Made by a program: the position numbers and the translations under genes. From positions 1 through 52,176 of the forward strand of contig JAQBYG010000005.1 in the NCBI GenBank assembly GCA_027620445.1: a stretch of 52,176 nt of DNA, in the 5' to 3' direction. The notes beneath the pieces are model-generated. The model had not been told where the DNA came from. It saw only the letters and a program-made list of their open reading frames with translations, and did no database searches. The stretch comes from a bacterium (GTDB lineage Bacteria; Patescibacteriota; Microgenomatia; UBA1400; PJMF01). Below, in pieces: positions 1 through 10,396 of the stretch. Every line of letters begins with the position of its first letter. Within the stretch, counting starts at the first letter, position 1.

Positions 1-133
1 GAAAAAATAAAAATTTCAAATAATGGAAAAATTCTTCAGAAAAATAATAAGGAATGAAAAAATATTGAAAAATACGCTTCGGGGGTCGTTGCACTTTATT
101 TTTCTTCCGTTATCACTACAGAAAATCACCCTC

Positions 134-230
134 GCACAACACAGTATATCTGGCTCACTCCCGCCGTCGCTCGACCCATATTTGCCTTCGTTTCACAACG
201 GTAAACATCAGATATACTGAAACAATAAGT
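134..230 (+). repeat. Imperfect palindrome resembling a degenerate integron attC site
   Basis: GCACAAC (R''-like, 134-140); perfect 11-bp inverted repeat CAGTATATCTG 142-152 / CAGATATACTG 209-219; inner hairpin TTTGCC 181-186 / GGTAAA 200-205; AATAAGT (224-230) sits where GTTRRRY would be expected. Confidence 0.45.
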
Positions 231-257
231 GAAATTTGTAAAAAACTCTTGTAAAAT
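229..257 (+). promoter_or_regulatory. Putative sigma70 promoter for csaA, likely leaderless
   Basis: GTGAAA-17 bp-TAAAAT (252-257), 5 nt before ATG 263; no SD. Confidence 0.5.
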
Positions 258-262
258 AAGCC

Positions 263-592
263 ATGATTCGTTTTGAAGACTTCGAGAAAGTAGACATCCG
301 CGTTGGTGAGATATCCAACGTCCAGCAACTCGAAAATGCTAAATACACAACCCACAAGCTCACTATCGACTTCGGCAGAGTAATCGGTAAAAAGCAATCT
401 TGTGCAAGAGTCATAAACTATAGTGACGAAGAGCTTATGGGAAAACGTGTGATTGGTATTCTTAATTTACCGCCCAAACAGATCGGACAAAATATGTCAG
501 AAGTGTTGACATTAGGAGTGCCGGATTCAAATGGAGAGTGTGTGCTTGTCAGTCCTGACAAAGATATTCCGTTAGGCGGCAAGTTGTATTAG
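263..592 (+). CDS. csaA: tRNA-binding protein / export chaperone CsaA (Trbp111-like)
   Basis: 109 aa; FEDFEKVDIRVG start, NLPPKQIG..MSEVLTLG and GGKLY end typical of the CsaA OB fold. Confidence 0.9.
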   Translation: MIRFEDFEKVDIRVGEISNVQQLENAKYTTHKLTIDFGRVIGKKQSCARVINYSDEELMGKRVIGILNLPPKQIGQNMSEVLTLGVPDSNGECVLVSPDKDIPLGGKLY

Positions 593-596
593 TCGG

Positions 597-633
597 TGAG
601 AGTTTTTTTGCAAACTCTTATTTGGTCTTTTTC
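597..633 (+). terminator. Possible intrinsic terminator after csaA
   Basis: TGAGAGTTT 597-605 pairs with AAACTCTTA 612-620, followed by a T-rich tract; the stem is AT-rich and weak. Confidence 0.35.
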
Positions 634-638
634 TCACC

Positions 639-1589
639 TTGCATATTGAAAGTTACAGAATAATAACGAAAGATCACCTGAAAAAGATACTTGCAATTAC
701 GCTCATCCTTTTCATCGCCTTTACCTTATTGCGAAATGTTTACAAACAGAGATGTGATTACCAAGAGCCAGAGGCATACAGTGAATTTATAGAATCTCAT
801 GGTGTGAGGATTAACTACGCATTGGTTGGAGATCCTGAGAAACAGAAACTCATTTTTATACATGGCTGGCCAATGCGGTTTCTGAACTATGAACCAATGA
901 GTCTTAATCCTGTTCTAGAAGTGTTAACAAAGCATTTCTATGTGTTTGCCATCACTCCTCCAGGGATGCTTCACTCAGGTCCTCCCTCGATAGATTGGGA
1001 TCAGTCAAAAACAACTCAAATCATTGCAGAACTTACTGATGAGCTTGACTGGAAAGAATCGATAGTCCTGGGCCAATCTAATGGTGGTGGTATTGCAGCT
1101 GCTTATGCTAGTGATTTTCCAGAAAAGGTACAAACACTGGTTTTGGTTGATTCAACAACAACTGAGCGAGCAGATACCAGACTGAATACATATTTTAAGA
1201 TGCTTGATGTCTTCTCGGTGTATAAAAAGATTTTGTTATCTTCAGTTACCCCATTTGAAGCCAAGAAGTGTCTCGTGTATCAAATACACAACGCGGCAAA
1301 TCGGTATCTGACAAAGGAAGAAGTGCCAAAGTATCAATTTGTGCTTCGCAAACAGAACCTCGTTTCTGTTGATTACGCCACAATCGAATCTCCAACCATT
1401 TTGATTTGGGGAGTCGATGATGAGATCACTCCAATTTCCGCTGCTGATCAAATTTTGAATGTTGTAGATGACGTTGAGTTAGTAATCGTTCCTGGTTCTC
1501 ACACGGTGTTATACGACGATCCTGGCTTGGTCATTGGAGAACTTCTGAAAGTTCTCGAAAAAAGTGATGGTGGGATGGAAAAGCTATAG
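639..1589 (+). CDS. Membrane-anchored alpha/beta hydrolase
   Basis: N-terminal hydrophobic segment, IHGWP oxyanion motif, GQSNGG nucleophile elbow, WGVDD acid, GSH histidine; TTG start uncertain. Confidence 0.85.
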   Translation: MHIESYRIITKDHLKKILAITLILFIAFTLLRNVYKQRCDYQEPEAYSEFIESHGVRINYALVGDPEKQKLIFIHGWPMRFLNYEPMSLNPVLEVLTKHFYVFAITPPGMLHSGPPSIDWDQSKTTQIIAELTDELDWKESIVLGQSNGGGIAAAYASDFPEKVQTLVLVDSTTTERADTRLNTYFKMLDVFSVYKKILLSSVTPFEAKKCLVYQIHNAANRYLTKEEVPKYQFVLRKQNLVSVDYATIESPTILIWGVDDEITPISAADQILNVVDDVELVIVPGSHTVLYDDPGLVIGELLKVLEKSDGGMEKL

Positions 1590-1616
1590 TTACAATTCTG
1601 TACTATACTACTACCT

Positions 1617-2576
1617 GTGCCAAAACTACCAAAGATTTTTCTTGCCCTTATAGCTCTTCTCATTCTCGCCGTCGCTGGAGTTTATGGCGGTGCAAAGTAT
1701 CTCCTTTCCCCTGTAGCAAATACAGGTGAGGATACCAAGTTCGTCGTGGCCAAAGGTCAAGGCATTGTTGCCATCGGGGCAAAATTGGAGGAAGCCAAGC
1801 TCATACGCTCCAAACACGCCTTTCGTGCATATGTATTGCTCAACAAGATCGATAAAAAAATCCAAGCTGGCACCTTTACGCTCAGCCCAGCCCAGAGTAC
1901 CCCAGAGATCGCGCAGGCGCTGACCGAAGGCACCGAAGATGTTTGGATCACGCTTCTTGAGGGATGGAGAAGAGAAGAAATTGCAGAGTACCTAGAGAAA
2001 GCAGAGTTATCAGAGTTTGACTCCGCCGAATTTCTTGAGCTCACGAGTACCTTTGAGGGCTATCTTTTCCCAGATACCTACTTGGTTCCAAGAGAAATCA
2101 CTACCGCGGCCTTGGTTGATCTCTTTACAACCACCTTTGAAACTAAAGTTGCCACCCTTGGCGATCTCACCCCGAGTGAGGTTGAACGCCTGGTTATTCT
2201 TGCATCGCTCGTAGAGCGCGAGGCCAGAGGGAGTGAGCAGATACGACGAGTAGCTGGAATTCTCGAGAATCGACTTGAGCTTGGTATGGCGCTGCAGGTT
2301 GATGCAACTCTGCAGTATATTCGCGGTCGAGTTGGTAGTGATTGGTGGGCGCCACCTCTCGTGGCAGACAAAGAGCGGAAGTCTGCGTTTAACACGTATC
2401 TCAACGCTGGTTTGCCGCCTCGCCCTATTGCCAACCCAGGTCTGTCAGCACTGCAAGCAGTGCACGCACCTCTGGCCAGCGACGATTATTTTTATCTGCA
2501 CGCCCCAACTGGGGAGATCTACTATGCCGAAACGTACGAAGAGCACCTCGTGAACATTTCTCGCTACTTGCAGTGA
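1617..2576 (+). CDS. mltG: Endolytic transglycosylase MltG (YceG family)
   Basis: N-terminal TM, EGYLFPDTY, ASLVERE catalytic Glu, LQVDAT, FNTYLNAGLPPRPIANPG. Confidence 0.95.
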   Translation: MPKLPKIFLALIALLILAVAGVYGGAKYLLSPVANTGEDTKFVVAKGQGIVAIGAKLEEAKLIRSKHAFRAYVLLNKIDKKIQAGTFTLSPAQSTPEIAQALTEGTEDVWITLLEGWRREEIAEYLEKAELSEFDSAEFLELTSTFEGYLFPDTYLVPREITTAALVDLFTTTFETKVATLGDLTPSEVERLVILASLVEREARGSEQIRRVAGILENRLELGMALQVDATLQYIRGRVGSDWWAPPLVADKERKSAFNTYLNAGLPPRPIANPGLSALQAVHAPLASDDYFYLHAPTGEIYYAETYEEHLVNISRYLQ

Positions 2577-2596
2577 GAACTCGATCGTGTTAAAAT
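2568..2596 (+). promoter_or_regulatory. sigma70-type promoter for rpoB
   Basis: TTGCAG (2568-2573)-17 bp-TAAAAT (2591-2596) with extended TG. Confidence 0.6.
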
Positions 2597-2602
2597 CCTG
2601 AG

Positions 2603-2770
2603 TTCAGCTATTAGGAAACAAATTAGTAGGGGTGATTTTCTGAAGACCACAACACATCGTTTTTTGGTCAGTGAGTAATGTGTCACGCAAGCACGACAGC
2701 GTCGTGGTTGTGTTTTTGTTGGCCGAACATCACCCAGTACCACCAGAGGTACTAAGGTAAAGGAGCGCTT
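2603..2770 (+). promoter_or_regulatory. Structured rpoB 5' leader
   Basis: GGGTGAT 2630-2636 / ATCACCC 2729-2735, CACGAC/GTCGTG 2692-2706, AGTACC/GGTACT 2736-2753, then an AAGGAG SD. Confidence 0.45.
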
Positions 2771-5700
2771 ATGTCACAACTTAATCGGCAAAATTGGGGT
2801 CTTGTGCAAACTACTTTACCAGAATTAGATCTGGTAGGTTTGCAGGTAGAGAGTTACCGGATTTTTCTTGAGCAAGGCATCCGCGAAACCATTGCCGAGA
2901 TTTATGCTGACGAAGGCGTGCAAGATTACACCGGCAAAAACTGGTCGCTGACCTTTGGCGAACACTACTTTGGCAAACAAAAATACTCCATTGCAGAAGC
3001 AAAGCAGAAGGGCGTTTCGTACGATATGCCGCTGTACGTTTCAGCACAGTTGACCAACAAGCGCACAGGTGATGTGCAAGCGCAAGACGTTTTCTTGGGT
3101 GACATCCCAAAAATGACCAACATTGGTACCTTTATTATTAATGGTATTGAGCGCGCTGTAGTGACACAGTTGGTTCGCTCACCAGGTGTCTTTTTTTCAG
3201 GTGAAGCAGATCCTATTACTGGTAGACAGCTGTTTACCGCAGAACTTCGCCCAAAACGAGGTTCTTGGCTCGAGCTGACTGTTGGTAAGAAAAATGTCAT
3301 CACAGTCAAGATTGATCGCCGACGAAAAATCCCTGTCACTACACTTCTTCGCGCGCTTGGTTATAGTACCGACGAAGAAATTACCGCGATGTTGCGCGAT
3401 GAAATTACTCAAGATGAGTATGATTTGATTCAAACAACCCTTTCCAAAGATACGACAAAATCACAGGCAGAAGCGCTCATTGAAATCTATGAGAAGATGC
3501 GCCCTGGCGAACCAGCCGTTATAGAAACAGCAAAAGAGTATCTCAGCCAGCTCTTTTTTGACCGTCGCCGTTATGATCTTGGCAAAGTTGGTCGCTACAA
3601 ACTCAATCGACGTTTGTCGCTCAAAACTAATCCAGATACAACTGTTTTGACCCCAGAAGATATCACAGCCGCAGTCAAGTACCTTATGTTGCTACAGAAC
3701 GAAAAGGGAAAGGTCGATGATATTGATCACTTGAGTAATCGTCGTGTTCGCCAAATTGGCGAGCTCGTCCAAGAGTCAGCGTTCCGTATCGGCTTAATCC
3801 GACTCGAGCGCTCTATCCGAGAAAAAATGTCTCTGACAAAAACGGATGAACTGTTGAGTCCAGCCAGTTTAGTCAATGCACGTCCACTGATTGCGACCAT
3901 CTCAGAGTTCTTCCGACGCAACCGTTTGTCAACTATTCTTGACCAAACCAACCCGCTATCAGAAGTAGACAATCTTCGTCGTTTGTCTGTCATGGGTACC
4001 GGTGGTGTGACACGAGAGCGCGCGTCGTTTTCGATGCGTGACATCAATGCTTCTCAATACTCGAGGATTGACCCCGTTCGTTCGCCAGAAGGTCCAAACA
4101 TCGGTTTAGTCACGTATCTTTCGCTCTACGCACGCGTCAATAGTTTCGGCTTTCTCAAGGCACCATATCAACCAGTCAAAAAAGCTGGCGCAAAAATGAA
4201 GGTGTCCGATGAGATCGTGTATCTGTCTGCAGACGAAGAAGAAGATTACAAGATTACCCACCGCAGTATTAATTTGAACAAAGACAATGTCATCGAAGAT
4301 GAGTGGGTGCCAATTCGCCACATGAACACGTTTATCGAAGGACCGGTTACCGATGTGCAGTACATCGACGTTGTCCCTCGTCAAGTGGTTGGTACTTCCG
4401 CTTCACTGATTCCTTTTATCGCCCACGACGAAGCAAACAGAGCACTGATGGGTACCCACATGCAGTGTCAGGCAGTTCCTCTGATCAAGCCTCAGGCACC
4501 AATTGTTGGCACAGGCATGGAGACAGCTGTAGCTACCTCGATGCATCGCTCGGTCAAAGCACGACATGCTGGAACCGTTGTGAGTGTCGATGGCACAAAA
4601 GTTGAGATCAAGTTATCAAAAGCTGATGCCGCCAAAACTGATGCCTCTCTCAATGATGAAACCACTTTCATCAAAGGTGACGTTGAAACATACAATATAG
4701 AAAAGTTTGTTCGCACCTCGCAGAGTACTTGTTACTCCCAAACCCCAATCGTCACCATAGGACAAGCAGTCAAAGCAGGGGACGTCATTATTGACGGACC
4801 AGCAGCAGACCACGGTGAGTTGGCTCTCGGTAGTAATGTGGTCATTGCCTACACCTCATTTGACGGTCTTGGCTATGAAGATGCTATTGTTATCTCAGAG
4901 CGTCTGGTTCGCGAAGATGTTTTGACCTCGATTCAAATCAACGAGTTCAAAGCAAAAGTAATGGATACTAAGCTCGGACCAGAAGAGTTGACGAGTGATA
5001 TCCCAAATGTTGCCGAAGTGTTTCTCAGTAACTTGACCGAAGATGGCGTAGTCCGAGTCGGTAGTGTTGTGAGCTCCGGTGATATTTTGGTCGGCAAGAT
5101 TGCACCAAAGGGAGAAACAGAGTTGACCCCAGAAGAGCGTTTGCTTCGTGCAATTTTTGGAGAAAAATCTCGAGAAGTTCGCGATACTTCGCTTCGCATG
5201 CCACATGGTGAGTCCGGCACAGTGATTGATGTACAGGTACTAAACGCAGCAAGTGGAGACGAGCTTGATCCAGGTACCCTGCAAGAAGTGACCGTTCGTG
5301 TTGCACAGCTGAGAAAAATTACCGTCGGTGACAAACTCGCAGGACGTCATGGTAACAAGGGTGTTATTTCAAAGATTGTTCCTATGGCAGATATGCCACA
5401 CCTCGAAGATGGCACGCCAGTCGATGTTATTATTTCCCCACTTTCCGTGCTTGCACGTATGAACTTGGGACAATTACTCGAGGCACATGCAGGTTGGGCA
5501 GCCAAGAAACTTGGTTACAAAATCGCAGTTCCAGCCTTTGAGCGCTTTGAGGAAGACAAAATTTGGCAAGAATTGGATCGTGCAGGATTGCCAACAAGTG
5601 GAAAAGCACAACTCTATGATGGCCGAACGGGCGAAGCATATGGTGAGCCAAGTACCGTGGGTATCGGCTATATCCTTAAGCTTTCGCACATGGTCGAAGA

Positions 5701-6223
5701 CAAGATGCATGCGCGTTCGACTGGACCATACTCACTCGTGACCCAACAACCTCTGGGCGGAAAAGCACAGATGGGTGGACAGCGTTTGGGAGAAATGGAA
5801 GTCTGGGCGCTCGAGGCACATCGCGCAGCTCACACCCTACAAGAAATGTTGACGATCAAATCAGATGATGTCATGGGTCGATCCAAGGCGTTCGAAGCTA
5901 TCGTCAAGGGCGAAGTGATTCCAGCACCAACAGTGCCAGAGTCGTTCCGAGTTTTGATGCGAGAGCTCAACTCACTTGGTCTTGATGTAGTACCTCATGG
6001 TGTCGAAGAAGAGATTATCGAAGAAGTTGTTGCCATTCCAGATGGAGACGAGCCTGACATGGTAGAAGATCCAGATGATGCTGATGAGTCCGATGAGGGC
6101 GAAGGTGAAGATGTTTCGAGTGACGATCCAAGCGATGATCCAACTGCGGATACAACCTCAGATGACCTCGCCGATGATGATGCAGATGAAACTGCAGAAC
6201 CAGTAGAGGATGAACAAAACTAA
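2771..6223 (+). CDS. rpoB: DNA-directed RNA polymerase beta subunit
   Basis: GDKLAGRHGNKG, PEGPNIGL and GGQRLGEMEVWALEA motifs; acidic C-terminal tail. Confidence 0.99.
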   Translation: MSQLNRQNWGLVQTTLPELDLVGLQVESYRIFLEQGIRETIAEIYADEGVQDYTGKNWSLTFGEHYFGKQKYSIAEAKQKGVSYDMPLYVSAQLTNKRTGDVQAQDVFLGDIPKMTNIGTFIINGIERAVVTQLVRSPGVFFSGEADPITGRQLFTAELRPKRGSWLELTVGKKNVITVKIDRRRKIPVTTLLRALGYSTDEEITAMLRDEITQDEYDLIQTTLSKDTTKSQAEALIEIYEKMRPGEPAVIETAKEYLSQLFFDRRRYDLGKVGRYKLNRRLSLKTNPDTTVLTPEDITAAVKYLMLLQNEKGKVDDIDHLSNRRVRQIGELVQESAFRIGLIRLERSIREKMSLTKTDELLSPASLVNARPLIATISEFFRRNRLSTILDQTNPLSEVDNLRRLSVMGTGGVTRERASFSMRDINASQYSRIDPVRSPEGPNIGLVTYLSLYARVNSFGFLKAPYQPVKKAGAKMKVSDEIVYLSADEEEDYKITHRSINLNKDNVIEDEWVPIRHMNTFIEGPVTDVQYIDVVPRQVVGTSASLIPFIAHDEANRALMGTHMQCQAVPLIKPQAPIVGTGMETAVATSMHRSVKARHAGTVVSVDGTKVEIKLSKADAAKTDASLNDETTFIKGDVETYNIEKFVRTSQSTCYSQTPIVTIGQAVKAGDVIIDGPAADHGELALGSNVVIAYTSFDGLGYEDAIVISERLVREDVLTSIQINEFKAKVMDTKLGPEELTSDIPNVAEVFLSNLTEDGVVRVGSVVSSGDILVGKIAPKGETELTPEERLLRAIFGEKSREVRDTSLRMPHGESGTVIDVQVLNAASGDELDPGTLQEVTVRVAQLRKITVGDKLAGRHGNKGVISKIVPMADMPHLEDGTPVDVIISPLSVLARMNLGQLLEAHAGWAAKKLGYKIAVPAFERFEEDKIWQELDRAGLPTSGKAQLYDGRTGEAYGEPSTVGIGYILKLSHMVEDKMHARSTGPYSLVTQQPLGGKAQMGGQRLGEMEVWALEAHRAAHTLQEMLTIKSDDVMGRSKAFEAIVKGEVIPAPTVPESFRVLMRELNSLGLDVVPHGVEEEIIEEVVAIPDGDEPDMVEDPDDADESDEGEGEDVSSDDPSDDPTADTTSDDLADDDADETAEPVEDEQN

Positions 6224-6231
6224 AGGAGCAT

Positions 6232-9200
6232 ATGAAAAACATAATAGATTTTACCGCTCTCGAGATTAGAATTGCTTCACCCGAAGTAATCAAATCCTGG
6301 TCCTTTGGCGAAGTTCGCAAGCCAGAGACGATCAACTACCGTTCCCTCAAGGCAGAAAAAGATGGACTCTTTGATGAAAAGATCTTCGGTCCTATGAAGG
6401 ATTACGAGTGTTACTGTGGAAAGTACAAGCGCATTCGCTATCGCGGCATTGTCTGCGACAAGTGTGGTGTCGAAGTAACACAGTCCAAAGTTCGCAGAGA
6501 GCGTATGGGTCACATTAGTTTGGCTGCTCCTGTTTCACACATCTGGTTTTTTAAGGGTGCTCCTTCCAAATTATCACTTTTGCTCGATATTTCTCCCCGA
6601 AACATCAACGCACTGGTGTACTTTTCTAAGTACATTGTGCTCGAGGTAGATGCTGACGAAAAAGCAAAAAACCTCGAAAAGATGGATATAGATTTGGTCG
6701 CAGCGGTCGATGAGCTCAAAGATGTCGCAAAAACAGAAATGGAAAAAGTTGCGCAGACGCTCAAGGAAAATCTTGCCAGTCTCAAAGAAAAAGTAAGCAA
6801 CAAAGAAACGCTGCAGCTAAAGGTGACTGAGCTCGAGCTCAAGGCAAAGAACAAGATTGTTTCACTCAAGAAGCAGCTTGATAGCCAATCAGTACAAACC
6901 GAAGAGATCTACAAAGCGCTCAAGGCGATGGTAAAGAAGATCAATCTTGGTGTGATTCTTTCCGAAGATGAGTACCTTAAAATCGAAGAGTACGATGTAG
7001 CTTCACACTTACGTGTCGGCATGGGTGCAGAGAGTTTGCTCGAACTCGTGCAAGATCTCAAGCTCGATGATCTGATCGAAAAGTTGCGTGTCGAGATGAA
7101 TGACAGCAAAGGTGCGCGTCGTATCAAAGCGACGAAGCGCTTGCGTGTGATCGAGGGCATGCAGAAGGCACAGATTGATCCAACTTGGATGTTCCTTACT
7201 GTGTTGCCAGTTATTCCTCCAGACCTCAGACCAATGGTTCAGCTGAGTGGTGGTCGATTTGCTACCTCAGATTTGAATGACTTATATCGTCGAGTGATCA
7301 ACCGCAATAACCGTTTGAAACACTTGATTGATCTTGGTGCGCCAGAAATCATTTTGCGCAACGAAAAGCGCATGCTCCAAGAAGCAGTTGATTCACTTAT
7401 CGATGGTACCCAAGCACGTCAGTCTCGACGCAGAGCTACCCGCAGACCGTTGAAGTCTCTCAGTGAAATGCTGCGTGGCAAGCAGGGTCGATTTCGACAA
7501 AATCTGTTGGGTAAGCGCGTTGACTACTCTGGTCGTTCGGTCATCGTTGTTGGTCCAGAGCTCAAGCTCAATGAGTGCGGTATTCCAAAGGATATGGCGC
7601 TTGAGATATTCAAGCCATATGTTTTGCGCGAGTTGATCGTGCAAGGTGTTGCACCAAACGTGAAGAGTGCGCGACAGCTGATAGAGCGTCGTGAGCCAAT
7701 GGTGTATGACATTCTCGAACAAGTCACGACTAACCATCCTGTTATCTTGAACCGTGCACCGACCTTACACAAGCTTGGTATGCAGTCGTTCTTCCCCATT
7801 TTGATTGAGGGAAATGCGATTCGTCTTCACCCTTGTGTTTGTTCTGGTTACAACGCTGACTTTGATGGTGACCAAATGGCTGTTCACGTACCGTTGACAG
7901 TTGAGGCACAGGCAGAGGCAGGCGGTCAGATGCTCGCAACACATAACTTACTGAAGCCAGCCAATGGTGAGCCAATCACCGTGCCAAATAAAGAGATGGC
8001 AATGGGTATCTACTACCTCACCATTGTGAATGAAGATAGACCAGCGTCGAAACAGATTTATGCAAGTACGCAAGAAGCACTCTTTGCATACCAGATTGGG
8101 CACATCACTCGTCGTCAACTCATCACTGTTCGCCTCGAGATCGCAGGCAAGACAGAGCGAGTAGAGACGACCGTAGGACGCTTGCTTTTTAATGCAGTTT
8201 TGCCTGACTCATTTGAGTTTATCAATGAGCCGGTGAACGCACAACGCATTAAGCAAATTGTGACTCGTGCTATTCAGATCCACGACAGCGAAGCTGTTTC
8301 CGCACTGATCGATGACATCAAAGATCTTGGGTTCAAAGCAGCGACCGACTCGGGACTTTCAGTCTCGGTTACGGACTGTGCCATGATTCCAGAAAAAGAT
8401 GGCATCATTGAGGAAGCAAACAAGCAGGTTGAGACGATTCAAGAGGAGTACCTCGAGGGAAGTATCTCAGCAGACGAACGCAAACGTTTGGCGTTTGATG
8501 TTTGGATCAAGACAACCGATACCGTTGCTGAACAAACTTGGAACTCCTATTCCGAGAAGAATGCAGTCAAGGTCATGATCAACTCTGGAGGCACCCGTGC
8601 TTCCAAGGATCAGGTTAAGCAGCTTGCCGCAATGCGTGGTTTGGTTGTTGACCCACTTGGAAACATCGTGGAAATGCCGACGAAGTCTAACTTCCGAGAA
8701 GGCCTCTCCATTTTTGAGTACGTGACTTCCGCTCGTGGTTCGAGAAAAGGTTTGACTGACTCTGCCATCAAAACCGCAGATGCAGGTTACCTCACTCGAC
8801 GCTTGTGTGATGTTGCACATGACGTGATCATCAGGTTAGAGGATTGTGGAGCAACCGAGGGAATTGAAATTGCACAGGCAGATCGCCCAGAAATCTTTGC
8901 GACAAGAATCATGGGTCGCGTAGCGGCTCAGGATATCAAGGCAGGCAAAAAGACTTTGGTAAAACAAGGCGAGATTATCACGCCCGCTGTTTCTAAAGAG
9001 ATTGCCGAGGCCAATGTCGGCACAGTATTTGTTCGCTCCCCACTAGCTTGTCAAGCAATTAAGGGTATGTGTTCACAGTGTTATGGTTGGGATTTCTCCA
9101 CCCATGACATGGTGCAACTTGGTGTCCCAGTCGGCATCGTTGCCGCACAATCTATTGGTGAGCCAGGTACGCAGCTAACCATGCGCGTGAAGCACTCGGG

Positions 9201-9912
9201 CGGTATTCTCGGTCTTGACGTGACGCAAGGTTTGCCACGTGTTGAGGAGTTACTCGAAGCCCGAACACCAAAGAATCAGGCTTTGATTGCTGAGGTTGCA
9301 GGTAAGGTGAAGATCAAAACCAAGGATGACGAGACAATCATTACGATTGGCACGACAGACAAGGTCGAGTACACCATTTCATCGCGCACACCACTGATTG
9401 TTGAGGACGGAGATTTGGTACACATTGGTCAACAGCTCACGGCAGGCTCTATCAACATGCGAGAGATGTTGCAGTTGCAGGGTCTTTTGCCAGTTCAGCA
9501 GCACCTCGTGCGAGAAGTACAGCGTGTCTATGAGTCACAAGGCATTCCAATTCATGACAAGCATTTTGAAGTGATTGTCCGCAAGATGAGTGACAAATTG
9601 CAGATTGAATCGTCTGGAGACACCTCGTTCTTAGCTGGTGAAATTGCGCAACGCAGCCGCTTTAGTCAGATCAATGAAGAGACGATCGCTGCAGGTGGTG
9701 AACCGGCAACTGCCAAGGTGTTATTCCTCGGCATCACTCGCTCGTCACTGTACACTGATTCGTGGTTGTCAGCCGCATCGTTCCAGCACACAAAACATAT
9801 TTTGACTGATGCTGCAAGTATTGGCGCCATTGATGAGTTGCAGGGCCTCAAAGAGAACGTGATTATTGGTCGTTTGATCCCGACAAGTGAGGAGAGAGCC
9901 AGAATTATCTGA
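6232..9912 (+). CDS. rpoC: DNA-directed RNA polymerase beta' subunit
   Basis: NADFDGDQM catalytic motif, N-terminal zinc finger [21 protein letters not shown]; SD AAGGAG. Confidence 0.99.
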   Translation: MKNIIDFTALEIRIASPEVIKSWSFGEVRKPETINYRSLKAEKDGLFDEKIFGPMKDYECYCGKYKRIRYRGIVCDKCGVEVTQSKVRRERMGHISLAAPVSHIWFFKGAPSKLSLLLDISPRNINALVYFSKYIVLEVDADEKAKNLEKMDIDLVAAVDELKDVAKTEMEKVAQTLKENLASLKEKVSNKETLQLKVTELELKAKNKIVSLKKQLDSQSVQTEEIYKALKAMVKKINLGVILSEDEYLKIEEYDVASHLRVGMGAESLLELVQDLKLDDLIEKLRVEMNDSKGARRIKATKRLRVIEGMQKAQIDPTWMFLTVLPVIPPDLRPMVQLSGGRFATSDLNDLYRRVINRNNRLKHLIDLGAPEIILRNEKRMLQEAVDSLIDGTQARQSRRRATRRPLKSLSEMLRGKQGRFRQNLLGKRVDYSGRSVIVVGPELKLNECGIPKDMALEIFKPYVLRELIVQGVAPNVKSARQLIERREPMVYDILEQVTTNHPVILNRAPTLHKLGMQSFFPILIEGNAIRLHPCVCSGYNADFDGDQMAVHVPLTVEAQAEAGGQMLATHNLLKPANGEPITVPNKEMAMGIYYLTIVNEDRPASKQIYASTQEALFAYQIGHITRRQLITVRLEIAGKTERVETTVGRLLFNAVLPDSFEFINEPVNAQRIKQIVTRAIQIHDSEAVSALIDDIKDLGFKAATDSGLSVSVTDCAMIPEKDGIIEEANKQVETIQEEYLEGSISADERKRLAFDVWIKTTDTVAEQTWNSYSEKNAVKVMINSGGTRASKDQVKQLAAMRGLVVDPLGNIVEMPTKSNFREGLSIFEYVTSARGSRKGLTDSAIKTADAGYLTRRLCDVAHDVIIRLEDCGATEGIEIAQADRPEIFATRIMGRVAAQDIKAGKKTLVKQGEIITPAVSKEIAEANVGTVFVRSPLACQAIKGMCSQCYGWDFSTHDMVQLGVPVGIVAAQSIGEPGTQLTMRVKHSGGILGLDVTQGLPRVEELLEARTPKNQALIAEVAGKVKIKTKDDETIITIGTTDKVEYTISSRTPLIVEDGDLVHIGQQLTAGSINMREMLQLQGLLPVQQHLVREVQRVYESQGIPIHDKHFEVIVRKMSDKLQIESSGDTSFLAGEIAQRSRFSQINEETIAAGGEPATAKVLFLGITRSSLYTDSWLSAASFQHTKHILTDAASIGAIDELQGLKENVIIGRLIPTSEERARII

Positions 9913-9939
9913 TTTACCTCTGCACTCAGGCGGGGAATA

Positions 9940-9948
9940 TGATAAAAT
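9940..9948 (+). promoter_or_regulatory. Extended -10 element upstream of rpsL
   Basis: TGATAAAAT 25 nt upstream of the rpsL ATG. Confidence 0.45.
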
Positions 9949-9973
9949 CATGAATCTGTAAAGAGAGAAATCT

Positions 9974-10381
9974 ATGCCAACAATTAATCAATTAGTTCGA
10001 AAAGGCCGCAGAAGCAAGCGAGCTACGATCAAAGCAACAGCACTACGTCGTAGTTTTAACTCGAACACTGGTCGTCCTGTCAAGACAAACAACCCACAAA
10101 AACGTGGTGTCTGTACTGTCGTCAAGACAATGACGCCAAAGAAACCAAACTCTGCTTTGCGTAAAGTTGCTCGTGTTCGTCTTTCCAATAAAATGGAAGT
10201 CACCGCCTACATCATGGGCGAAGGACACTCCTTAGCAGAACACAGCATTGTGTTGGTACGTGGTGGTAGAGTAAAAGATTTGCCTGGTGTGAAGTATCAC
10301 ATTGTGCGTGGCAAGTTCGATGCTACCGGCGTAGAAGGTCGTAAGACCAGTCGTAGTAAGTACGGTGTGAAGCGCAGTTAA
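9974..10381 (+). CDS. rpsL: 30S ribosomal protein S12
   Basis: [28 protein letters not shown]. Confidence 0.99.
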   Translation: MPTINQLVRKGRRSKRATIKATALRRSFNSNTGRPVKTNNPQKRGVCTVVKTMTPKKPNSALRKVARVRLSNKMEVTAYIMGEGHSLAEHSIVLVRGGRVKDLPGVKYHIVRGKFDATGVEGRKTSRSKYGVKRS

Positions 10382-10396
10382 TCTGCTCTAAATAAT

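Noticed and set aside
1-220. ORF 23..220 and a frame-1 fragment ending at TGA 55-57
   Set aside because: The 65-aa ORF runs through the attC-like palindrome and has no recognisable motif. The 18-codon fragment may be a real gene end but is too short to support.
6640-7050. Coiled-coil insertion in the RpoC N-terminal region
   Set aside because: Comparable lineage-specific insertions at this position are known in several phyla; not an intein (no splicing motifs).
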